Shown here one piece after another: positions 13,520 to 26,260 of a stretch of DNA of 64,000 nt. Each line of letters begins with the position of its first letter. Position 1 is the stretch's first letter. Source of the DNA: Lama glama (Eukaryota); NCBI GenBank assembly GCA_028534125.1, contig CM052816.1, forward strand, positions 25,980,001 through 26,044,000, in the 5' to 3' direction. The notes beneath the pieces are model-generated. The model saw only the letters and a list, made by a program, of their open reading frames with translations, made no database searches and was not told where the DNA came from. The translations under genes were made by a program, and so were the position numbers.

Positions 13520-13690
13520 AGTACAGCATGTATGAGCTGGAAAGGGCTTCAGAGCTCCAGCCCCATCCCTCTGTATGTGAAGAATCTGAGGCTGAGTGAC
13601 TTGACATGAATACACAAGGGCAAAGTCAGGGCAAAACTCAAATTTTCAGACTCAAGTCCAGTGTTATAATCATAGCACTATACAGCATCT
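13520..13690 (-). mobile_element. MIR fragment
   Basis: 'agaatctgaggctgagtgacttg...ttttcagactcaagtccagtg'. Confidence 0.5.
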
Positions 13691-13919
13691 CTTTCCTAAA
13701 ACTGCCCCCCCCTTTTCTGTCAAAAAAGAAAGAAAAGTGAAATAATTAGAATATACACTCAGTGCTATTTACTGATGCAGTCCAGCTGGGCCGCTGAATT
13801 CAGCACTTCCCCATAACTTCTGTGTGTCCAGGCATTGGACCATTTTCTAAGGGTTGTGACCTGTTATCTGGACCAAGATACTGCAGGGAAACTGTCATAA
13901 TTATTTTGGAAAGAATAGC

Positions 13920-14110
13920 TTCATTTAATTAGATCAATATTTATAGAATACCCTCTATATGCAAAGTTCGTTGGGTATAAAAATGAACAAATGTGTTTCC
14001 TAACCTCAGAGATCTCATAAGCCACTGAAAGCAAAATAGGCAAGCCTACAAATATAATATAAAATGAATTTTGAATGTGATAGGCAAGGTACTAATTATA
14101 AGATATGGAT
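13920..14110 (-). mobile_element. L2 3' end fragment
   Basis: 'caatatttatagaataccctctatatgcaaag...aaaatgaacaaa...ctaacctcagagatctcata'. Confidence 0.5.
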
Positions 14111-14184
14111 TTTCTAAGGAGAACGATGACATCTAATACCACAATATTCTTCCATATTGGAAACTCCCACCACTTACTCATAGT

Positions 14185-14553
14185 TGGTTCTCTAGGCCCT
14201 CTGAGCACATGGGAGGGTCACAACTGGCTCTTGTTGCCATGTGGCCACTTCTGGCCAATGGGTTACAAGTAGAAATGATGTGTGCCACTGTCCAGCCCAA
14301 GTGTTTAACTGTAGTTGTAGCTCTTTTCTTCCCCTGAGGAACAGGGAAGGCACAGCCTCTGGTAATGCAGCTATAATAAAGTGAATCGTCCATGAGCCTG
14401 GATGACTGAGTCACTACGTGGAGACCAGTTGCCCTGGAAAGTCTCTGGGATGCACAGTGGATATTTTGTGAGCAAGAATAAAACTTTTTTGCATTATATC
14501 ACTAAGAATTTGGGACTTTCTTGTTATGGCCTTACCCAATTTATCCTGACTAG
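14185..14553 (+). mobile_element. MLT1-family (ERVL-MaLR) LTR
   Basis: 'tgtggccacttctggccaatgg...agaaatgatgtgtgccact', 'tgtgagcaagaataaaacttt', end 'tatcctgactagt'. Confidence 0.7.
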
Positions 14554-17500
14554 TGTATCTTCATCCTGGCCTGTTTTTATGGAAAAGATACTATATAAAA
14601 AAAAAACTATAAACAAATGTATATTTAATAATGAATGTATTTAATAACTATTTTAATTATTAAAATAATTGTTAAATATATTTAATAACTTAAATATAAG
14701 TTAACAATTTAAATCTTTCTCTTTCTCTCTATATGTATATTGCAGCCATATATTATTTACTACAGTGAACAATTTAATGTTTGAAAAACTAAGAGTCTGT
14801 TCAAAGTCTAGGTTGTCTCTGTCTCTCCTTACCCTAACCGTAACTGTTTCTGTATATTTAGAAAAAAAATTACATTTCTTTCATTATTAACCACCTGATA
14901 GTCTCGTATAGAGCCAAGTCTTTTACAGACTCATCCACCTCTGATTATGGTCTAAGAGTTTGAAATTGAGGAGCACACAGCAAGCAAGGTTGAGTGAGTG
15001 GAGAGATAGGGAATCATCTTAGGATCCCCAATGCTGCCTCAGAGAAGAAAAATAACTAACTAAATAAAATAATAAGAACAAGAGAATTGCTGTCAAAAAG
15101 GAACATTCATTTAAATGATAAAAACTCTTCACTGTGGGAAAAAATTAAGTTTTTAGAGTTAATTTTTGCAAAGTTTAAAAATTTTTTTTTCTTTTATTCT
15201 TTTTTCCCTTTAGCAATGTGGTGATGGGGGTTGGAGAGATTATTGGACTATAGGCAGCCAAGGAAATCAAAAGTGATGACTCCAGCCAGTTGTAGGCTCC
15301 AAGAAATGTGAAATCACTCCAAGTTAAAGAGCACATAATACTGCTTGAAGTCTATGGAAAGCCTTCCAAAATCCGCCCAAATTAAGTCCTCCAAGTTTCA
15401 TTGCTCAATTGGTGCCGTCAACTGGAGCAATTGCAAATCATGAAAGCTACAAGAAAACTGAAGTTTTTTTTTTTCAAAAATAACAACATGCATCGCAAAT
15501 AGGTTTATTCACTTGAAAATATGACATGAACAGATCATTTTCTCCCTTCCATACACCATTACCAGTGCCTTGGCCTTGTAATTTTGGAACTTCCTTGGTT
15601 TCTTGTCAACTCCTTTGATTGCATCCAAGGGAAACTTGGAGAAGTACTTAAAATAGAAATAACTGGGAAACTCTAAGCCATTCTGCTTTTCTTAATGCCA
15701 GCACTTAACCTTTGTTGGTGTAACGTTTTCTTTGCAAATAGTGCAAACTGGAAATTTCCCTAAGATCACAATCCAGCGCTCCCCAGAGCCAAATTCAGCC
15801 TCAAAGTTGCTATTCTCAAGTATAATGATATTTATTCAGTCCCAGCTCATTTCCTCCTTTTCTGTTGAAACATTAGCCCCACAGAATTATTTAACAATCG
15901 CGTCATTTGGACAATGAATTGTTTGGTTCCAAATTTTGGATTTTTGAAGGAAGTGTAAATATTTGTCCACAGTTGATATCTTGGGCATCGATCAAGGGCC
16001 TGGTCTGTACAACCCGTTCGCCCTTTCCTTCCCCTAGAGTTGTGTAAATTTTTTCCAGTTTCATTCATTTTGTTTCACCTGCTGGGAATGCTGTTTACAT
16101 ACAACAATACTGTAAGAACCTATTGAGAAATCCTCTGAGCTGGCGTTAATGTGTTTTCATTTGCGTGCAGAGGAGGCTTTTATTGTGCAGCCCTCCACTG
16201 ACACCCTATTCATGGTTTCTATTATCCCTCTAGCTTTGTCTTCAGCTAAACATATTCTTTCTTTTTTTCCTTCCTCCGAGTGATGATTTGCATGAAGATT
16301 TGCATTTAAATGGATGTGGAGAGTACATTAACAACACCTACACCAACCCTGTAAAAGCTGCACAGTATTTGTTGCTGCCAGACGTGAATGGGAACAAAAT
16401 TCAATGAATGTTTTGTAAGGAGGGTCCTCAGGTAACTGCATTTTAGACACAAAGACACTTCATTAGATTATATTTAATAGTGATTACGCATGCAGAAGTA
16501 TATGAATACCAATGCCCTATTCCCCAAAGGGATGTGGTGAAATCCTCCTATATGTATGTGTTCATCGCAGGACGCAAGAATGGATTTCAGCATTTGAGTT
16601 GAATTCAAAGGCCCCTAAGGGGGTTGAGAGGGCATTCCAGGGTTGGTCCATTTTGACCTCTATGTCCTTGCTAATAGAGTAGGAAGGAAAGTGAGATAGA
16701 ATTAAAATATGCTGCATCTTCTGTCTCCATCTTAGGGCTTTCTTTCTTGAATAGCTCTGACAATAAACATTTTGTAAAAAGGCTGCACACCAGAGAGAGT
16801 CAAGGAAAAAAGGAGGAGAAAATGGGACTGGAGACCAGGGAGTGGGCAGGAAGGAAGGGTGTTTCATGAGGTTTTAGTTGTTTACCCAGTTTCTAATTAA
16901 AAGGGGAAAAAAAGTGGAAGAAGAAGGAAAGAGAGAAGAAATCATAAAAGGGAGAAAAATGGAAACAGAAGGAAAAGGCATGTTAAAAGAATATATAAAT
17001 CAGAGAACAAGTCTGCCTGCAGAGAAGGAGGAAAGGGAGGGATGAGAGCGGGGGGTGGGGCGAGAGAGAGAGAGAACTGAAGAAAGATTGTTAAAGAACC
17101 TTTGTGCTTTTTGTACAAAGCAGAGACCCCAGGTTATCATTCAGTATTATGACAGAGAAAATTAAATTGGTCCTGGCAGAAGGATTCTATTAAGGGATAA
17201 TATCTTCCCTTTTATTGTTAATTATTTTATGTTTACATTAGTCAGTGTAAATGTATATTATTTTTACAGTAACACATGGCTTAGCATAAATAATTTACCT
17301 AGGATATATGGCTAATTTCTAATTAACTTCTAGCTCTGTTAGTTTGCTTTAGATTAAAGCCCTTTCTCTTCCTAAAAGTCCTTGAAGGGAAGCAGACAAC
17401 CTAATTACAGACATTCATTGTGGAATATTTATATTTAGCAATTTAAAAAGGTAATATCAATCGAGAAATGTAGTGGAAAATAAAGTGGAAGAGGAAGAGG

Positions 17501-18859
17501 TTGCAGTGGAGGGAGGAAAATTTATTGTTTGTCTTTGTATTTTTATGTCTGCATAAGAAAAAAAAATAGGCCAGAGAAATTTATTAGCAGGCTGAATGCA
17601 ATACAGCACTAGTACCTCTGTGTCCCCAAATACAATTATTGTTTATTGCTTAAAAACAATTTTCCATAGGCTGTATGCACTAAAGAGAAATCCATAAACA
17701 TCAGAAACAAGTCTCTAACAAGTCTTCATTGTTTATATGGATGAAAAAAAATCCATATTTCCCTTTCCGTTAATCCAGAATGGACTCAGATAAAGCAGAT
17801 TCACTGCATTCAGTGAGATTTGTAATGCAACAGTAGGAGAATCTGATTTCACACATTATAGTTAGGGTCCTCCATATCCCAACCATAACAAGGGTAATAA
17901 ATAAAGTCTACTCTAAAACCAGGCATACAGCCTCAGTAATTGACTCACTGTCTGCATGAGACACAATGATTTCCGAATGCGAGGGGCTAACCTGCGTCAG
18001 AGGGCTTGCAGAAATTCACCATGGGAATGTAGTGGCATAAACACTCCTTTGTGCATACAACCTCATTCTAGATTTTAAGGCTTCTATAAAAAGCAACAAA
18101 ACGGGACCAGGTTCTTGCTTTATACTTGTATCATTGTAATTGACACAACAGAGGGAAGCCTTCTCCCCCTGGGGTCTTATTTCTTGAACTAATCTGAGTC
18201 ACCTTTGTGCTAGCGTTACTAGCAATGCCACAGCCCTGAATTCACTGAGGTTTAGATAAGTGTGGTGTATTAGCCTTAATGTGCATTTACAATACATGGT
18301 GTAATTGCTCCTTTGGAGCTGTTAATGCATTTTTATAGCCAAAAAACCAATTTCCCGTATGCTGGATGTACTAAGGAGAAATGTCTGCTTGAAGATTTAT
18401 GTTGAGAATGAATGAAGACAAAGCAAAACATCCTAGCGTGTGCATTCATCTCCTTAAAGACCAAATACTTGAGTGCATTTGTTCTTCAAATAGTGTGAGG
18501 AACATCAAACATTTAGAGTTCTTTGTCATTCCTGACCCTGCCTTCAGAGCTTCCACAGTCCTTTGCCATGCCTTTCTGTGTCTTCAGTGTATAGGGCTAT
18601 CTGAGGGAACAAACGAGAAAATATAGAGCAAAAAGGTTTATGTAGTAATAGTGAGAGAGAGAATGATATCCGTTAAATTCTAAAATCATTTCAGAAGAGA
18701 TGGTACAGATTCACTTGAACAAAAACAGGAAGGACATTCTGGAAAGTGAGCATTGTACGGAGTCACGTAGGGTCCCAAACAGAATGCTTTCACCCCTTTT
18801 CCTAATGATTCTTTAAGGGCGCTATACAATATTATCAAAGAAGTGGGTAGGTTTCCGGG

Positions 18860-19285
18860 TTATTCTGTTTTGTCCTCGTCCAGATTCTTTGTCTGCACTG
18901 CTCTCTGCTTGAGGGGGCTGACTGTTTTGTGCCAGCTGGCTTTCAACTGGGTTTGGCCAGTGAGAGGCACTGGCAGGAGATCAGAGGGCAGAAAAGAGGG
19001 CAGGGTGGGTTCTTGCTTGTTCCTCTCTGCCATAGCGCTGCGTGTCTGGCATGCATCCCTCTGTGGTCACAGCCCCTGCGAGCAGGAACTCCAGGGCTCC
19101 AGTTCTCTCTGATCCCTGGTAACACAGGGGTGGTAAAGCCTTCTCAGCATTTGCAAGTTTCCAGGTACCCCATCCCTTGTTAATGCTGCATCCCCCTCTG
19201 TAAGTTATCACTTTATTAAAATACATTTATTGAAACCATATGGGTTGGGTCTGCGACCGAGGACCCTGGGGCTCTGACTGGTAGA
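18860..19285 (+). mobile_element. LTR33-like ERVL LTR
   Basis: 'ctgggtttggccagtgagaggcactggcaggagatcagagggcag' resembles the LTR33 core. Confidence 0.65.
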
Positions 19286-19495
19286 GTGTGTGCATAGGCA
19301 AGAGAAAGAGACAGCTAAGTGTCCAAACCAGTCTACCCACGTGGCAGCTGACATGTTCCAATAGCTCTGCTGACTGTAGGATTTTGGAAAACTCATCTTC
19401 ATGGTAGTGCCAAAATGATGGGTCCTTCTAGGTCTTTGCGAGTTGTACTGTTATGTAGGTGGGGTGCTTTGGTTTGGTTTGACCTAATGCAATTG

Positions 19496-19990
19496 TGTAT
19501 TAGTCAGGACTTGATAGCTGCAAATAACAGAAACCCAACTTAAAATTGCTAAAAAAAAGAGGAGGGGAGGGAGAATTTACTGATTCATATCATTGAAAAG
19601 TCTAGTGGTATAGTGGCTTTACACATGTCTAGAGCCAGACGTTCAGTGATGTCACAGGACTCGACCTCTTTCCATCCAGGTCTCAACTCTGCTTTTCTCT
19701 GTGTTGACTTCTTTGGCTAGATGTGTCAGAGATGCCGCTGGGAGCTCCTAGTTTACACTGCCCTGAAGAAAGAGGTCTTTCCCCAAGAATCCATATAGAT
19801 TCTGGAAAAGAAATCTAATTCTCCCATTGTGATTCTGAGGCTAGCTCTTTTATGGCTAGGAGAGAAAATATTGTCTGATTTGCCTGGGTCATTACCTGTG
19901 CCTGAGAATTCAGAGACATTTCCACACAGTCCAAAAGGGGTCGTTTCTCGAAGGAGCATATGCAGCTGGACAGAAAGAGGTAACAGGAAG
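19496..19990 (-). mobile_element. MLT1 (J/K/L-like) LTR
   Basis: 'tgtattagtcaggact...gcaaataacagaaacccaact', 'ctctgcttttctctgtgttgacttc'. Confidence 0.7.
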
Positions 19991-21039
19991 TAATAGATGC
20001 ACATTTGATATGTTCTAAACCGTTCTCAGAAATACCCTGTCCCTGTGCAGAAATGATACATGGGGGCCGTGTGTGTATGAGTCTGAAGGAACGTATGAGC
20101 AGTCGACCCTAAACACATTTGTGACCTTCTTCATCACCTTTTAATTGCTGCTTGTGGTCCATAAATAAATACCAGAGGAGATAACTGTGCATTTTTAGTC
20201 TCTGCTTTATGGCAAAAAGAAGATAAGAGATTTTTGGAAAGAGCACTGAATATATTACTTGACATCCAGTAGATGCTCAGTCAATTTTAATTATCCCACT
20301 TATGAATGGGAGGGAAAGATAAGGAATGCAAAATCACTGCTGGAAAAGAAAACATCTGGCTTGGCAATGTGACTCCCTGTCTGAATCCGGTCCAGGCTCT
20401 GGGAGCCCCCGGGCACGCTCATGAAAATCTGTGGCTCTTGGTTTGTTTCTCTGGGAAATGGGGAGGAGTCTAGAAGATAAAAGGGGGAGGGGTCCTGTTT
20501 TCTCCTTTTCTATGAGACTGTTTTGACAAATAGTTTAACAAAGCTTTTTATTAAGAGGAGGACCTCAGCAATCATTGGCCTTATTTCTTGGTTTTACTTC
20601 ATTATTCAGGAAAAAGATAATGTACGTCCACACAATATTTGAACGGCAAATACTTCAGAGAAAACATTTAGGAAGAGATGAATATTCTGATATCCAAACT
20701 CTGTTTATCTGAGATCAGGGGAAGCAAATAAGGTGATGGCTTCTTTTAACTTCTTACCTGTCATTCTTGTTTCTTACTTTCTGTGGTCTTAGAACTTCAT
20801 TTGTTTTGGTTGTGAATTTCCAAATCCTATCCAATTTCTACACTTTCTTCCTTCTTGATAGACAGTTTTGTCCAAAGATTTTGAAGGCTGAACAAACACA
20901 GAGGGTTTTTACAAAACATGTTTTTGATTGGTTGTTTTCCTCATCTGATCTTGGCAGGAGACAGTGCTGGCAAAAGTTGGGCTGTCTTGTCCCTGCTTCC
21001 CTGAATATGCATGGACAGGACCTATCCAAGAAGCTTTTG

Positions 21040-21570
21040 GGCTTCCCTTCCCAGTGCAGCATAACCCTCTAGAATTGAGCCCTTGCATTGTCCCCGCCCC
21101 TTGAATCTGGGCTGGCTGATGGAATGTGGCGGAAATGCTGCTGCTTGACTTTTGAAGTGCAGTGACTTTTGAGGAGCCCTGGGTCTCTTGGAATGCTGGC
21201 TATGGGGGAATCCTGTCGCCACATAAGAGGTTGGACTACCCTGACACGACACCTTGTGAGGAAGTTCATGCTTGCCACGTGGAGAGGCTGCAGGGAGAGA
21301 GAGGTGCCTGAGCACGCAGTAGTTATTCCAGCCATCTGAAGTGCCAGACATGTGAGCGATGAAGCTTCTTAAGTTGGCCAGCTCCAGCCTAGAATTTCAA
21401 TGACTCCAGCCCCATCTGCCATCTGACTTCAAAGGCAGGAGAGAACCCAAGTGGGAAACTGCTTACCTGAGTCCAGCCAACTCAAGAACAGCAAGAGATA
21501 ATAATCAACAGTTGTTTAAAGCCACTGAGATTTGAGATAGTCTGTTGGGTAGTAGCAGATAAGGGAAACA
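21040..21570 (+). mobile_element. MLT1 (G/H-like) LTR
   Basis: 'ccccttgaatctgggctggc', 'gccacgtggagaggc', 'tgccagacatgtgag', 'ttgtttaaagccactgagatttg'. Confidence 0.75.
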
Positions 21571-22264
21571 GGGCTTATCAGAAGATGAGTGGCTGGTTTC
21601 CTGTAGGCTGAAGGGGTCCATGCAGGTGGAGGTGACCTGGGGTCATTTTTAATCTGCTCAGTTGGTTATACTGTGAAGGATGAAGTGAGGGCTTGAGGAC
21701 TGGGCTCTCTGTTTCATCTGCTGGACCTTTGCCCAGGGTAAGGATCCTCTCCCCTGCCCTGCAATCACCCTGCCTGTCTTCCCTGTAAGTCTAGGCTCTT
21801 TGCCTCCATTGGTATTTATTACTTAGTATTACAAATAGTTCCTCTCTGGATGCTGCCTCTGACTCCTATTCATCCCCACTCTGTTTAGCTAACACTTGCT
21901 ACTACACACAGTTCTCAGAAGCAAAACTGAGGCTATAAATATATTTTTTAAATAATAAAAAGAAATTCATTGTTTATGTATTTTACAAATAATAATATAT
22001 ACTCATCACAATATTTCACACTTCCTCAAGTGGGCAAAACAGGTGGAAGGGTTCTTATAAGTGGGAAATTACTGAAGAACTTTATAGAAGAATATTGTTC
22101 AGATTAAGAGAAATGCAAAAACCAGGCAATAAAATTAACATCAACCCCTCCACAAGCTATCGTGACTACAAAGAGACATTACATGGTAAGTTTGGAGGAG
22201 TCAGTGAGATATAAACCACAGCCTCTAACCGTAATAAATTAAGAATTAACTGGAGGGAAATATT

Positions 22265-22500
22265 GATGATGAAAACAACCAGTATTTATTGAACATTTAT
22301 TAAATGCCAGGCACTATGATAAGCACTTCATATATATTTATTCATTTAATCCTCTCAACAGTCTATCAACAAAGTCATATTATTTTGAGATTATAGATGA
22401 GAAAAATTGAGGAAGAGAGATTATGTAACTTATCCAAGGTCATGCAGCTAATTAACGGCGGTAGTAAGCAGTTAACTACTATGCAGTATTGCCATCTATA
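22265..22500 (-). mobile_element. MIR SINE
   Basis: 'atttattgaacatttattaaatgccaggcact...atttaatcctctcaaca...tagatgagaaaaattgagg...aacttatccaaggtcatgcagcta'. Confidence 0.8.
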
Positions 22501-22562
22501 CCATAAAACATTTGTTATCAGTACCATTTTGTGTGAGTTACAGACGCTCTGCACATAGGACG

Positions 22563-22725
22563 CTTTACTACTCAAAGTGTGGTCCCTAGACCCGCAACAT
22601 CAGCATCCCCAGAGGACTTGTTAGAAACGCGGAATCTCGATCCTCACCCAGACTTACAGGATGGGATTGTGTTTTAACAAGATCCCCAGGTGATTCGAAT
22701 GCCCAGTAAAGTTTGAGAAGCACTG
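22563..22725. mobile_element. MER5A (hAT-Charlie non-autonomous DNA transposon)
   Basis: 'ctcaaagtgtggtcc...catcagcatc...cttgttagaaa...tttaacaagatccccaggtgattc...aaagtttgagaagcactg' followed by the hAT-type target atctagaa. Confidence 0.85.
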
Positions 22726-23356
22726 ATCTAGAAGGCAAATGCTGAAGGACTTCCAAGGAAGAAGTTATCACCCTGACTCTCAAAGGGGTGGTTGCTGATG
22801 GCCTGCCTGGAGAAGTGGGTGGCATGATCATATGAGGGGGTTTGTTTTGTCAATTAAGATCTCCTGGAGTGGTTACAGCAAAGGGAAGATGAGATTTTAA
22901 GCTGTGTGTTTGCATTTTTAAAATCTGAAAAATGTATTTAGGTCAGAGACATGCTAGTTGATGCAATGGGCAGACTCTCAGGGGGCAGGCCACAGTTTAT
23001 TCCACCCGCTACACCCCTGCAGTTCCCGCCCTCATTAACCGTAGCACGTACACTGTGTCAGCTTGGCCCCGGAAGATGGATGGTCACCCACAAGGTTATT
23101 TGGCTGTATTTGGGGAGCTGAGAGTAGCTGCTACATCTCTCTATGTCCAGAAAGTGTGCTCCATCGCTTCTAAAAAGAAAAAAATATCATTTCAATCCCT
23201 GAAGAACTTTGGTTAGGTCATAAATTTAAAAGAGACTCCAAAGGATTACAGATGACATTACTGATCAGGGCATGAGGTCTGTGGGAGGTGGGAGCTGGTA
23301 ATAAAAGCAGGAGAAGCAGAGGGAGTGAGAAAAGCTATGTGACATCACTTGCTGTC

Positions 23357-23597
23357 TTTTTTTTTTTTAATTTAAAAATATTTTTAAAAATTGAAGTATA
23401 GTCGATTTACAATGTTGTATTAGTATCTGGTGTACAGCATAGTGATTCAGTTATACATACATATGTGTATGTATGTGTGTGTGTGTATATATATATGTAT
23501 GTGTGTATATATATATATATGTTCTTTTTCAGATTCTTTTCCCCTATGGTTTATTATAAGGTACTGACTACAGCTCCCTGTGTTATAAGTAGGTCCT
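23357..23597 (-). mobile_element. 5'-truncated L1 3' end (cetartiodactyl-like) with internal (TG/TA)n at ~23452-23521
   Basis: Poly-T tail then 'ttgaagtatagtcgatttacaatgttgtattagtatctggtgtacagcatagtgattcagttata...ttttcagattcttttccc...gctccctgtg'. Confidence 0.85.
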
Positions 23598-23879
23598 ACA
23601 AGGTCATGTTCTGCTTCTGTTCACAAGAAGCATGTTCTGTGGAAGGAAGTAGGGGCTCCTACCTCAGACAGAGCTGAGTTGGAAATCTGACTTTTGTCTT
23701 TTACCAACTTTGTGTCTTTCTGAGCCTTTTCTTTTATATCTATAAAGACAATCAGTTTGTCAGCCTCACAAGGGTGTCCTCGAAATTTTCTTAGAGAGTG
23801 GATACGGAAGAGCTCAGACTTGCATACTCAGTCCAGCACCACGTCCTGTGTATTTACCTTGTGAAGAGCCCTTGACTCC

Positions 23880-24365
23880 ATTTACTTTTCCCCAATGTTA
23901 TCATTTCTCCTGGAGTCCAAGAGAGCGAGTACCAAGCCCTTCTCACTGTACTACTGCTGTCGGCTCTGAAGTGGTCTCCCTGTACCCACCCTGGATTCCT
24001 TCCAGAGTGTTCACACTGTTTACACTGCAGGCAGGGATCTTTTCAAAATGCACATCTGGTCATGTTACGCATACTACCCCCTGCCGCCTACACACACCAC
24101 ACACAGACCTTCAGTAGGTTCACATGATCTTAGGATAATGATAAAACATGGCCTGATCCCTAACCACCACTTAAATATTGACTTTCACAGCTTTTTGCTT
24201 TCTTTCAGTTCTTTGAAACTTTTTTTTTTGCTTGTTTAATGTCGTTTCTATCACTAGAAGTTGAGCTCTGTGAGCTCAAGTGTCTGTGTTCGTTTTGTTC
24301 ACCACTGTATCTCCAGTATCCAGCTGTAACTAGGTACTCATTCACTGTTCCCAAATGAATGACAA
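23880..24365 (+). mobile_element. L2 3' region, fragmented
   Basis: 'gggatcttttcaaaatgcacatctggtcatgtta', 'ctagaagttgagctctgtgag...ttttgttcaccactgtatctccagt...taggtactca...aatgaatga'. Confidence 0.7.
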
Positions 24366-26123
24366 TGTCTAGTTAGAAAATCTGCCCCTTTACTCCCTGC
24401 TGGGAAAGATCCTATCTCAAAACCGTGTGGGAATTAATGGTATATGCTTGACTTCTGGTCCCCCATCACTGGACTAGCCCACCTTGCACTTGAAGGGCAG
24501 GGGTGGTGGCCATGTAAGTGCTCTGCCTTTGAAAACTTCCTGACCTTTGTTCTAGAATGGCATTCTCAGTCTTTACATAGAATATGAATTCGAGAAAAAT
24601 AAGTCAGTTGAAGAATTGGGAAAGATATGTAATGCCTTATGTTACAATCAAATTCCCAAGTAAATAGAATTGTTCCATTTAGTACTTGAATTTTCATAAC
24701 ATCAGAATATTCTCCCAGCATTCATTTATTTCTTCTTTCATATAGTACCTAAGGTAGAAGATAAAAACAACAGCACAAACTATTATGAAATAAAACATTA
24801 CATTTTCAAGTATATAGAGGTATTCAAATGAAGGAACATCTTAATTGCCTTACTCATTCTTAATTTTTATTCTTTGCATTATGTCGTTATTCCCACTTGG
24901 AAATAGCCTTCTGTCACTTTAATATTACCTTGCTCACACTTTAAAATTATCCTATGTAATCTAATCTCTGGAAGTTTAGCTTTTGCAGTTGTTAATAATA
25001 ATATGATATGATTAATTTCTAAAGACCCTCATTAGTAATACTATTCATTTCAAATCCTCATTAACCTGTCAGATAAGAGCTTTCGATTCTCCACTGCTAG
25101 AATCAAGGCAGGTCCCAATAAGCTTTAATTACTTTGAATGAGGTGTTACATGTTATCTTTCACAGTGTTTGTGTGCTCAGGGATTGATGGTACTTGGCTC
25201 AAATTTCATCTTAGATGTATATTGTCTAGAATCTCTGGGGCTGTGCTACTATTTACAGAGAAAGTAAGACTGTAACGTAAGAAAAAAACCCTGCTTTTTT
25301 CTGAATGCTCTGCCTTGCCCATTCTGTTGGGTTGAAACAGCTACACAGGCAATGACACTCGATTATGTCTCAGCTGTGTAGTTGTGGATGTTAGAAACAG
25401 GGTGCCTTCAGTGTCTTGGTTGGTCAGATTTTAAGGCTGCATCTGGGACTGTGTGAGAGCTTGGTAGAGCACTAGACTATAGAAACAGTGCCCAGTTATC
25501 TCTGTTGCTCTTATTCTTGAGCTCTGAAACGGTACTGTGTGCGAGTGCAGGACTATCGGCATTTGGGCCTATTGCACCTGGCAGAATCTCTTGAGAATGT
25601 TCAGGGTTCATTTCTCTCAGATATATTTCTTTTAGCAAAGAGAATTTCTTGTAGATAGTGCCAGATAGTGCCCAGTGGGAGATTGCACTTAGACAAAGTT
25701 TGATAATTTGGGGGACGATAAACTTGGGCAAGAGAAATGGAGATACAGTTCATTGCCACACTTGCGTGAGCTGAGCTAATGCAATTTCCAACCTTCATTT
25801 TCACATCCAAGATTATATGTGGTCAGTTGCAGTTCATGGGTCCAGGTAAACCAGAGGAATTGACTTTCTGTCCTTGATGCTTTGCAGAATGCATCAGGCA
25901 GAAAGTTGGATGGCTGTATAAAGTTTAAAGAGGGACAGCCCTTGAGGAGCAGTGTATTTTCATTAATTTATTTTTAAAAATAATTCCCTCTATAGATGAA
26001 TTGTATACTATTAAAATAGGTTTATTATACTAAATTTAGAAAATATGAATTAGTAGAAAGAAAAAAGTAAAACTTTTCCATAAGCCAATTATCTAGAAAG
26101 AATCACTTTCAATTTTAGTCTTC

Positions 26124-26260
26124 TTTTTTTTAATTGTAGAATAGTTGATTTATAATGTGTTAGTTTCAGATGTACAGCAAAGTTATTCAGTTATACATAT
26201 TTTTTTTTCAGTTTCTTTTCTATTGTAGGTTATTACAGGATATTGAATACAGTTCCCTGC
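26124..26260 (-). mobile_element. Short L1 3' end, adjacent to older L1ME-like sequence (~25970-26120)
   Basis: 'atagttgatttataatgtgttagtttcagatgtacagcaaagttattcagttatacat...taggttattacaggatattgaatacagttccctg'; flanks tagtcttct / tggtcttct resemble a TSD. Confidence 0.8.

Noticed and set aside
16780..17090. Purine-rich tract as a promoter
   Set aside because: Low-complexity GA-rich sequence without a CpG island or clear core promoter elements
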